NCBI GenBank assembly: GCA_963716175.1
Contig: OY970296.1
Coordinates: 416,001-480,000 of the forward strand
Reading direction: 5' to 3'
DNA from: an uncultured Armatimonadetes bacterium
Lineage (GTDB): Bacteria > Armatimonadota > Hebobacteria > Hebobacterales > Hebobacteraceae
Length of the DNA: 64,000 nucleotides
Positions 36,319 through 45,333 of this stretch are shown piece after piece (the first letter of the stretch is position 1; the number at the start of each line of letters is the position of its first letter). The position numbers and the translations under genes are program-made. The notes under the pieces are model-generated. The model had not been told where the DNA came from. It made no database searches and saw nothing but the letters and a program-made list of their open reading frames with translations.

Positions 36319-36825
36319 CTACCCCCACCGATCGCGGCGGACAATCTCGGCCAGCGACTTGCGAGGACGGCCTTCCGGCTCCTCGTCAGGATAGCCAAGA
36401 GGCGTCGTGGCCACCAGGCGTATTGCCTCCGGCACGCGGAGAGCCTGTTTCGCCCTCTGCTCGTCAAACCAGCCAATCCAGCACGTGCCCAATCCCTGCT
36501 CGGCTGCCGCCAGCACCAAGTGCTCCATGGCAATGCCGATGTCGAGCAAGTAGTAGCCCTGGTCGCCCTTGGTGCCGCTCTGCTTGGCATCGGCGCAGGC
36601 GGCGATAATCACCGGCGCGCCCTCAATCCACTCGTTGCCGGCCGCGGCCAGGTCGTGCTTCACCTTGGGGTCGGTGACCACCACGAAAGTCCAGCACTGG
36701 CCGTTCGCCCAGGAGGGCGCGAGCCGCGCCGCCTCCAACACGTAGTCAACCTTCTCCTGCGGCACTGGATCAGGCCGGTAGCTGCGGACGCTGCGACGCC
36801 GGCGCACCACCTCCATGAACTCCAT
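36319..36825 (-). CDS. Nitroreductase family protein
   Basis: RRSVRSY, APSWANGQ, GLGTCWIG, LGYP, RK motifs. Confidence 0.92.
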   Translation of the reverse strand: MEFMEVVRRRRSVRSYRPDPVPQEKVDYVLEAARLAPSWANGQCWTFVVVTDPKVKHDLAAAGNEWIEGAPVIIAACADAKQSGTKGDQGYYLLDIGIAMEHLVLAAAEQGLGTCWIGWFDEQRAKQALRVPEAIRLVATTPLGYPDEEPEGRPRKSLAEIVRRDRWG

Positions 36826-36864
36826 GCTATACCCCTTTCCGACAGCGCCCCGTACCGCACCTCG

Positions 36865-36892
36865 ATTATATGCTAGCTAGCCTCCCTGTCAA
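36865..36892 (-). promoter_or_regulatory. Sigma70 promoter of the nitroreductase operon
   Basis: TTGACA-N16-TATAAT on the minus strand. Confidence 0.7.
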
Positions 36893-37003
36893 GCCAAGCC
36901 GAGGCCGAGGGGCCGGCCGCGGCCCTGCCGCCATCTGCGAAGCCCAGAACAGGAATACGGCCGGCGGCCAGAGAAGACAGTGCCGAGAGTTTGAGCAGCG
37001 CAG

Positions 37004-37981
<978 letters not shown>

Positions 37982-38880
37982 ATCCGCTGGTGCCCCATCA
38001 TCAGCGCCACGCCGGTTATCACCAGCGCCGCCCCCGCCAGCAGGTAGCGCGTCACGGTCTCTCCGATGAGGAGATGGGCCTCGACCATGGTGAAAACGGG
38101 GAGGGTGGAGCCGAGCAACCCCACGGTCGCCGCCTCCAGGCGGGCCAGCCCCTTGACCAGCAGGACATAGGCCAGCCCGGTTCCGCCAAAGCCGAGGTAT
38201 ACCAGCGCCAACACCGCTGACCCTCGCAGCGGGTGGTGCGCAATCGGCTGCGTGAGCGCCACCAGGCCGGCGACCGCGGTGCCGACGAGGAAGACCGGCA
38301 CCAGCGTGCCTCCTGGCGTTCGCGCCAGCACGCGCTGACCCAGCCCGTAGGTGGCCCAGCAGCAGGCAGCGGAGAACACCAGCACATTGCCCAGCAGATA
38401 CTTCGACTGAAGCAGCGCGCTCAGGTTCTGGCCGTTCCAGCCCACCAGCACCAGCCCGGCCAGCGCGGCCGCCCCCGCGCCGGCCTTCAGCCACGACATC
38501 CTTTCCCGCAGCACCAACACCCCCAGCAGGGCCAGCATGATGCCATCTGTGCTCACGATCAGGGTGGCGGCACTGGCTGTGGTGTAGTACAGCCCAAGCG
38601 TGTAGAGCAGCAGATCCCCGCCAATCCCGAGGCCCACGATCGCAATCCAGGCGCGGAGGCCAATCCAGTTGGGCCCGCCCAGGTCCAGCGCCGCGCGCCG
38701 GCCGGGCAAGCGAAGCCCCCGCCCGGCCACCACCTCCAAAGCGGCGAAGACGCAGGTGCCGCCGACCAGCCGCGCCAACGCGATGAACCCAGGGTTGAAG
38801 CTGACATAGGCGAGCTTGACCGCAAGTGGGATCAGGCTCCACAGCCAGACCGTGCCCAGCACCCAGAGGACGGGCATTAG

Positions 38881-38934
38881 GGAGTTTCGGGCACCACAGT
38901 CATGCCGGCGCGAAGTGGACAGCCCCGAAACTCC
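38881..38934. repeat. Inverted-repeat element next to the EamA start codon
   Basis: ggagtttcggg (38881-38891) / cccgaaactcc (38924-38934). Confidence 0.5.
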
Positions 38935-39004
38935 TTTCGTGAGTGCATTCCTGGGGTAGGTCGGGTCCTGCTCACTGCAACTGGAGTGCTCAACGTGCTT
39001 TGGG

Positions 39005-39184
39005 TCAGCCGGTTGGCGTCTGCTGCAGGCAGGCCTCGGGAGGCGGCTGGCGCTGCTCCAGCGCGCGGCGGGTCACCCGATAGACGAATCCGGTGAGCCA
39101 AACCAGGAGGTAGAGCGCGATCAGCAGGAGTAGGCCGTAGCCGATCCGCCGCGCCCAGAGTTCGGACTTCTCCGCTGGCAGCAT
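39005..39184 (-). CDS. Small single-TM hypothetical protein
   Basis: MLPAEKSELWARRIGYGLLLLIALYLLVWLTGFVY...; AGGG RBS; directly follows the NHL gene. Confidence 0.55.
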   Translation of the reverse strand: MLPAEKSELWARRIGYGLLLLIALYLLVWLTGFVYRVTRRALEQRQPPPEACLQQTPTG

Positions 39185-39192
39185 CCCGGCCC

Positions 39193-40160
39193 CTAGGAGG
39201 CGGGCCCCCACTTCTGAATGCGGTTGTTCCCTAGGTCCAGATGTAGACCGCCTGGTCTGCTCCCACCGCCACGCTGATGGGGCAGTCCAGCTCGCCCTTC
39301 CCCTTGCCCCATTTGCCGGAGAATGAGAGCAGCCGGCCCGAGGGCGTGAACTTCTGGAGGCGGTGATTGCCGAAATCCACTACGTACACATTGCCCTGGG
39401 AGTCCACGTTCACCGCATAGGGACGGTCGAACTGACCTGGGTCCGCGCCGGCCTCGCCCCACTTGCCGTCGAACTGCATCTTCTTGCCATTGCTGCGGAA
39501 GGCCTGCACCCGATCATTGCCCAGGTCGGCCACATAGAGGCGGTCTTGGCTGTCAACAGCGAGCCCGGCGGGGCGGCTGAACTGGCCGTCCTGCCGGCCC
39601 TCCGTGCCCCACATCATCACGAACTTGCCCTTGGCATCGAACTTGTGGACGCGGTTGTTGTTGAAGTCGGAAACGTAGATAAAGCCCTGGGAGTCCACCG
39701 CCACGCCGTAGGGATACACGAACTGGCCAGGGGCTTCATCATATCCCTTGGGCTCCCCCTGCTCGCCGAACTTGAGCAGGAAGCGGCCCTCCGGCGAGAA
39801 CTTCTGCACCCGGTGGTTCCAGTTGTCCACCACGTAGATGTGGCCAGCTTTGTCCGTGGTCACAGAGCGAGGGCACTCGAACTGACCGGCCTTCTTCCCT
39901 CTCTCGCCGAAGCTGGAGATCAGCTTGCCATTGGTGTCCACGCGCAGGATGCGGTTGTTCCAGGTGTCGGCCACCAGCAGGTTTCCCTTGGGGTCAATGC
40001 TGAGGCCCTCCGGATGGTCAATCCCGCCCGCCCCGGGATACTGGGTCCACTGAGCGAGGAAGTGCGGCGCCGTCTGGCTCGGTGCCCCGCACCCCAGGAT
40101 CAGCGCTGCCATCACCAGCACCACCAGCCCGACCCCCGCTACTCTCCAGGCACCGGCCAT
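39193..40160 (-). CDS. NHL-repeat (6-bladed beta-propeller) lipoprotein; 1-nt frameshift near 39238
   Basis: Lipobox ILGC; six repeats F..P..V.vD.G..YV.D..N.R.QKF; last blade (DLGNNRIQKW) in another frame. Confidence 0.88.
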
Positions 40161-40202
40161 CTCATCCTCCTGTCCACTCAAGGCGGACGCTCGCTCGCTC
40201 CG

Positions 40203-40232
40203 ATTATAGCCCCGCCTGCGCGCGGGCGTCAA
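40203..40232 (-). promoter_or_regulatory. Sigma70 promoter of the NHL gene
   Basis: TTGACG-N18-TATAAT on the minus strand. Confidence 0.6.
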
Positions 40233-40367
40233 TGATGGCCTCTACCACTGCGGAAGCGCTTTTCCTGCTGGCGTCCGGGGCGGCTCGAGGGCGAGGCCCA
40301 GCCAAGAACAGCCAGGTAGGCACCATAAGGAGCACGGCCAGCATCAGTGTGCTCCGGTCCCCCGAAA

Positions 40368-40397
40368 TTGACGCTCTCTCTGCCGCGATGCTATAAT
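40368..40397 (+). promoter_or_regulatory. Sigma70 promoter of the glycan cluster
   Basis: TTGACG-N18-TATAAT with TG extension, followed by GAGGAGG RBS. Confidence 0.7.
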
Positions 40398-40410
40398 CCC
40401 CGAGGAGGCG

Positions 40411-41346
40411 TTGAGCACAGCCATTGCCATGAAGGAAATTGTCGAAGTCTGGCGCTACCGCGAGGTGCTGTGGAACCTGGTGCGCCGCAACCTCAAGGTG
40501 CGCTATAAGAACTCCATCCTCGGCTTCCTCTGGTCTCTCCTTAACCCCCTGATGCAGATCGGGGTCTGGTGGTTCGTCTTCAAGATCATCCTGGATAACC
40601 CCGAGCCCAACTACATGGCCTTGCTGATCACGGGTTTCTTGCCCTGGCTCTTCTTCTCCCAGACCGTGCTCGACAGCACCGCCTGCGTCACCCAGGAGAT
40701 GGCGCTGGTGAAGAAGGCCTACTTCCCCCGCATGGTCCTGCCGCTGTCGGCCTTGTTCTCCAACCTGATCCATCTCGGGCTGGCCTTCGTGGTGCTGCTG
40801 GCGCTCTTCGCCGTCTGGCGGGTCGACATCAACATCAGCTATTTCCTGATCATCCCGGCCACCCTCCTGGTCGCGGTCTTCGCCTATGGCCTGTCGGCGA
40901 TGCTGGCGGCCTGGAGCGTGTTCTACGCGGATGTGAAGTTCATCATCGGTAACCTGCTGGGGCTCTGGTTCTTCCTGACGCCGGTGCTGTACTCGGCGTC
41001 CGGTTTGCTCGCCCGGCAGGCCATCTCGGGACGGGAGCTGAACTGGCTCCAGCGCCTGATCCAGGCCGGACTGCCGGTGATCAAACAGGTCTACCTCGTG
41101 GACCCGGTGACCATTGGCGTGCTCGGGTACCGCAGCGGGCTGCTCTACGGCGGCGGAAATCCCCTCCTGGTGCGCGCCGGAGCCACCAGGACCGAGGAGG
41201 CGGCGCGTCTGCTGCAGGCCCAGCTCCAGGCCCAATATCCCATCGGCCACTACATCATCGGGGCCACCATCGTGGCGGTGCTGGTGGCGATCGTCGGCCA
41301 CCTGATCTTTCGGCGCCTCTCCCACCTCTTCGCGGAGCGAGGCTGA
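40411..41346 (+). CDS. wzm: ABC-2 polysaccharide exporter permease (Wzm/TagG)
   Basis: NLKVRYKNSILGFLWSLLNPL, LVKKAYFP, WFFLTPVLY, DP, FAE. Confidence 0.92.
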   Translation: MSTAIAMKEIVEVWRYREVLWNLVRRNLKVRYKNSILGFLWSLLNPLMQIGVWWFVFKIILDNPEPNYMALLITGFLPWLFFSQTVLDSTACVTQEMALVKKAYFPRMVLPLSALFSNLIHLGLAFVVLLALFAVWRVDINISYFLIIPATLLVAVFAYGLSAMLAAWSVFYADVKFIIGNLLGLWFFLTPVLYSASGLLARQAISGRELNWLQRLIQAGLPVIKQVYLVDPVTIGVLGYRSGLLYGGGNPLLVRAGATRTEEAARLLQAQLQAQYPIGHYIIGATIVAVLVAIVGHLIFRRLSHLFAERG

Positions 41347-41354
41347 ACCCTGCC

Positions 41355-42134
41355 GTGAGCGGAATCGAAATCCGAGACCTATGGAAGCAGTACCGCCGCC
41401 CTCATCAGCGGGTGAGCACGCTGAAGGAGGCGATCGTCGCCTTCCTCCGGGGCCAGACGGGCTATGAGGAGTTCTGGGCGCTGAAGAGCATCTCTTTCAC
41501 CGTGGACGCAGGAGAGGCAGTGGGCGTGGTGGGGCCCAACGGGTCCGGCAAGAGCACGCTGCTGGCGCTGATGGCCGGTGTGCTCACTCCCACCCGGGGC
41601 ACGGTGAAAGTGGGAGGGCGCATCTGCCCCATGCTGGAGCTGGGCACCGGGTTCCATCCCGACCTGACGGGCCGGGAGAACGTGTTTCTCAACGCCAGCC
41701 TGCTGGGTCTGAGCCGCCGGGAGACGGCTCGCCGCTATCATGCCATCGTGGACTTCGCGGAGCTGGGCGAGTTCATGGACGCGCCGGTGAGGACCTATTC
41801 CAGCGGCATGGTGGTGCGGCTCGGGTTCTCCGTGGCGATGCACCTCGACCCGGACGTGCTGCTGATTGACGAGGTGCTGAGCGTGGGGGACGAGCACTTC
41901 CGGCACAAGTCCTTCGAGCGGCTGGTGCGCTTCAAACAGGAGGGCAAGACCATCTTCGTGGTCTCCCATGATCTCGGGTCGGTGGAGCGACTCTGCGCGC
42001 GCGCGATCTGGCTGGACCACGGCCACATGGTCATGGACAGCCCCAGTGCCCAGGTGGTCCGGAAGTACCGAACCGCGGTGGAGGAGAGCGAGCGCGCGGC
42101 GGAGGCCGGGTCTCCCCATGCCCGCCTGGTCTGA
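41355..42134 (+). CDS. wzt: ABC polysaccharide exporter ATPase (Wzt/TagH), no C-terminal CBM
   Basis: GPNGSGKST, LTGREN, YSSGM, IDEVLSVGD, VSH; 259 aa. Confidence 0.94.
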   Translation: MSGIEIRDLWKQYRRPHQRVSTLKEAIVAFLRGQTGYEEFWALKSISFTVDAGEAVGVVGPNGSGKSTLLALMAGVLTPTRGTVKVGGRICPMLELGTGFHPDLTGRENVFLNASLLGLSRRETARRYHAIVDFAELGEFMDAPVRTYSSGMVVRLGFSVAMHLDPDVLLIDEVLSVGDEHFRHKSFERLVRFKQEGKTIFVVSHDLGSVERLCARAIWLDHGHMVMDSPSAQVVRKYRTAVEESERAAEAGSPHARLV

Positions 42135-43563
42135 GCTCATCCGGACGGCCGGAAACGTCTTCCTCACCCCAGTCGCGCTCTCCGACCTGCCCGGCCGGGA
42201 GACCTGGAGGCGCGCGCTGGTGGTGGGGTCGGGAGAGCCGGCCAGCATTGCCCAGGCCGCCCAGGCGCTGCGCAGGGCCTGCCCTGCGCTCCTGGTGGAT
42301 CCGCCGGGTCCCCCGCGGCTGTGGCGAATCCACCGACGCCGCTACGATGTCGTCTGCCTGCTCCTCACCGGCGAGGGGAGACGCAGGGAAAAGCTGGCGG
42401 GACTGCTTTCCGGGGCCCGTGTGGCTCTGGCCTGCAACCGGAGCGGCCGGTGGTACCAGGTCCACCGGCCGGCCTTCCGGCCGCTCAACCTGCGTTGGTG
42501 GGCCCGCCTGGTGCTGGCCGGCATGCTGTCCGGGTGCTACCTGCGGGTGATGCTGTGGGCTCGCGCCTGCGATCTGCTGTGGCGCTTCGGCCCCATGCCG
42601 GCGCCGATTCCGGATCCAGGACCCCCGGTGGGGCGAGGGACCACTTTCATCGTGCCCACCTACAACCAGCGCCACCTGATGGACTTCTGCTTGCCAGCCC
42701 TGGTGGCCGAGGCGGGCCGTCAGCACGAGGTAATGGTAGTAGATGACGCCAGTGCCGATGGCACGGCCGAGTACGTGCGCAAGCAATACCCGCGCGTGCG
42801 CGTGCTCCGGCTGGCGCGCAACCAGGGCTTCGCGGGGGCGGTGCGAGCCGGCATTGCAGCCAGCCGGACGCCGCTCTTCGCCTTGATCAACACCGATGTG
42901 CAGGTGCGGCCCGGGTTCCTGAAAGCGATCCTGCCGCACTTCGCGCGCGAGGACACCTTCGCGGTGTGCTCCCGTATCGAGCTGCCTGGCGGCTCGCAGA
43001 TGGAGACCGGCAACGTGGCTCCCGCCTTCTCAGGAATACTGGAACCCTATCATCTGCCTCCCGATCGCCCCGGCCCGATCCTCTATGCCGGTGGGGCCTC
43101 ATCGGTCTTCCACCGCGCCCGCTATCAGGCGCTGGGCGGATTCGAGACCATCTACCGGCCCATCTACTGGGAAGACATTGAACTGGGATACCGCGCCTGG
43201 CGGCGCGGGTGGCGTTCGCTCTTCGAGCCCGGGGCGTCGGTGTGGCATGAGCGCCGCGCGTGGGTCGGCCAGCGACTGGGCGATGTCCAGGCCAACGAGA
43301 CCTTCCTGAAGAACGGCCTGCTCTTCGTCTGGAAGAACATACGAGACCGGGGGATGCTATCCCAGCACTGGGTCTACGTCTGTGCCAGGCTCTACCGGGA
43401 GGTGCTGGCCGGGGAGCGAATGATGTGCTACGCGCTGCTGCGGGCGCTGCCGCTGCTGCCCGCCGCGCTGATCAGGCGGTGGCGAGGGCGACATCGCGGC
43501 GACCTGATGGACCGCGACATCCTCGCCCTGGCCACGCCCTCGCAGGAGCGCCACGGGCCGTGA
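42118..43563 (+). CDS. GT2 glycosyltransferase with N-terminal GT9-N-domain-like module
   Basis: IVPTYN, VVDDAS, NTD, LGGF..YWEDIELGYRAW. Confidence 0.88.
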   Translation: MPAWSELIRTAGNVFLTPVALSDLPGRETWRRALVVGSGEPASIAQAAQALRRACPALLVDPPGPPRLWRIHRRRYDVVCLLLTGEGRRREKLAGLLSGARVALACNRSGRWYQVHRPAFRPLNLRWWARLVLAGMLSGCYLRVMLWARACDLLWRFGPMPAPIPDPGPPVGRGTTFIVPTYNQRHLMDFCLPALVAEAGRQHEVMVVDDASADGTAEYVRKQYPRVRVLRLARNQGFAGAVRAGIAASRTPLFALINTDVQVRPGFLKAILPHFAREDTFAVCSRIELPGGSQMETGNVAPAFSGILEPYHLPPDRPGPILYAGGASSVFHRARYQALGGFETIYRPIYWEDIELGYRAWRRGWRSLFEPGASVWHERRAWVGQRLGDVQANETFLKNGLLFVWKNIRDRGMLSQHWVYVCARLYREVLAGERMMCYALLRALPLLPAALIRRWRGRHRGDLMDRDILALATPSQERHGP

Positions 43564-45290
43564 GGATCCTTTTCGTCAGCCCCTTCCTCCCCTATCCGCC
43601 CACGGCTGGCGGCCACGCGCTGATCTGGGGCTGGCTGCGGCGCCTTGCCAGCAAGCACGAGATCGCGTTCGTGGGATTCTGCGAGCGAGAGGCGGACGCG
43701 GTGGGCGCCGACGAGGTGGCGAAGCACTGCGCCAGCATGCGAATACGTCTCCGCCGGCCGACGCCGCATGCCTACAGCTCCTTCGCGCAGGTCCCCCGAT
43801 GGGTGAGCGAGTTCTTCTCGGCAGAGCTAGCAAGTGACCTGCGCGCGCTGGCGCGAGATTTCAGGCCGGAGGTGGCGCAGTTTCTGAGCACCAACATGGC
43901 GCAGTATGCGCGCGCGGTTGATGCCGCGCATGTCATCACCGCGGTTGACGTCTCTTTTGTCGCCCATCGTAGGCGGATCGCAGCCGCGCGCGGACTCGAG
44001 CGTCTCCAGGCCCGGCTGGAGTGGCTGCGCATGCTGCGCTATGAGGCGTCCGTCTTTCGCCGCGCCGATCACGTGATCGCAATGTCGCTCCGAGATGCAG
44101 AGATCATCAGGGCCGTCTCGCCTCGGGTGCCGAGCACCATCGTGCCTCCCGGCGTGGACCGGGAACTGCTCGCGCCCCGGCCGCGCCGGCCGGGGCCAGG
44201 CAGAGTGCTCTACCTGGGCCAGATGGAGCACTTCCCCAACCTCGATGGTCTGCTCTTCCTCTATCGAGAGATCTGGCCCCGGGTTCGGCGCGCTCATCCA
44301 GAAGCTCGTCTCACCGTGGCCGGCCGCGGCGCGCGGGAGGAGCTGGCGCGCGTCGCGCCGCAGACCCTCGCTGCCATGGAGAGCGACCAGAGTGTGGACC
44401 TGGCGGGATTCGTGCCCGACCTCCAGGCGACCATGGATCTCACCGCGGTCATGGCCGCGCCCCTGCGACTGGGATCGGGCGTGCGCACCAAGGTGATCGA
44501 GGCGATGGCCGCGGGGCTGCCGGTGGTGACAACCACCCGGGGCGCGGAGGGCCTGGCGGTTGCGCACGAACGCGAGCTGCTCATCGCGGACGAGCCAGAG
44601 CAGTTCGCGCGGGAGCTGGTGCGCCTGCTCCGAGATCCGGAGCTGCAGGCGCGACTCTCCCGGGCCGGCCGCGAGCTGGCAGCTCGCGAGCATGACAACG
44701 ATCAACTGGCGGCGCGGCTGGAGCGGGCCTTGATGGCAGCGGCAGGGTCTGCAGGGCGGGCACGTCTCGCATGCCCGCCGCAGGACGGCGAGGCGCGGGA
44801 GATGAGAGTCCTGATCCGATACCTCGCCGGCTATGTCTTCGACTTCTTCCGGGAGCGGGTGACCGCTGACGATTTCCGCGGCGAGCGCGTGCGCCGCGTC
44901 CTGGCGACGGCCGCGCTGGATGCGCGCGGCCAGGCTGCGGTGCGGTGCATGTTCCCGCAGGCCGTCCTGTATGCCGTCACTGCTCGCGCCAGCCTGGCCC
45001 AGGTTCGCCGGGGTCGGTTCGAGGCGAGCTGCATCTCCATGGCCGGCGGCGGCATGCGAGAGCGCTTGCTGGCTCTGCTCAGCGGCGCCCGGCACCAGCT
45101 GCTCATCCCTTCGCCGGACTACATCTACCGTCTGGGCATGCGGCAGGGAGGCCCGGCCCTCGCCTGGGCGGTGATAGACCGCTTCCTGGTCGCACCTGTC
45201 GCTCTGATGTGGTTCATCCTACTGGTTTGCTGGCTCTATGTGAGCGGATTGGTTGAGCGGACCGCGCAGCCAAAGGCGCAGGGAGGGTAG
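43560..45290 (+). CDS. GT4 glycosyltransferase with C-terminal GT9-N-domain-like module + TM
   Basis: ILFVSPFLPYPP, PN.DGL, GSGVRTKVIEAMAAGLPVV; second module from 44802. Confidence 0.88.
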   Translation: MRILFVSPFLPYPPTAGGHALIWGWLRRLASKHEIAFVGFCEREADAVGADEVAKHCASMRIRLRRPTPHAYSSFAQVPRWVSEFFSAELASDLRALARDFRPEVAQFLSTNMAQYARAVDAAHVITAVDVSFVAHRRRIAAARGLERLQARLEWLRMLRYEASVFRRADHVIAMSLRDAEIIRAVSPRVPSTIVPPGVDRELLAPRPRRPGPGRVLYLGQMEHFPNLDGLLFLYREIWPRVRRAHPEARLTVAGRGAREELARVAPQTLAAMESDQSVDLAGFVPDLQATMDLTAVMAAPLRLGSGVRTKVIEAMAAGLPVVTTTRGAEGLAVAHERELLIADEPEQFARELVRLLRDPELQARLSRAGRELAAREHDNDQLAARLERALMAAAGSAGRARLACPPQDGEAREMRVLIRYLAGYVFDFFRERVTADDFRGERVRRVLATAALDARGQAAVRCMFPQAVLYAVTARASLAQVRRGRFEASCISMAGGGMRERLLALLSGARHQLLIPSPDYIYRLGMRQGGPALAWAVIDRFLVAPVALMWFILLVCWLYVSGLVERTAQPKAQGG

Positions 45291-45333
45291 ATGGGCCGCC
45301 AGAAACAATGGCGCGGGGACCAGGGTTGATGCC

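Noticed and set aside
39240-40020. Periodic ~140-bp similarity
   Set aside because: Explained by NHL propeller blades
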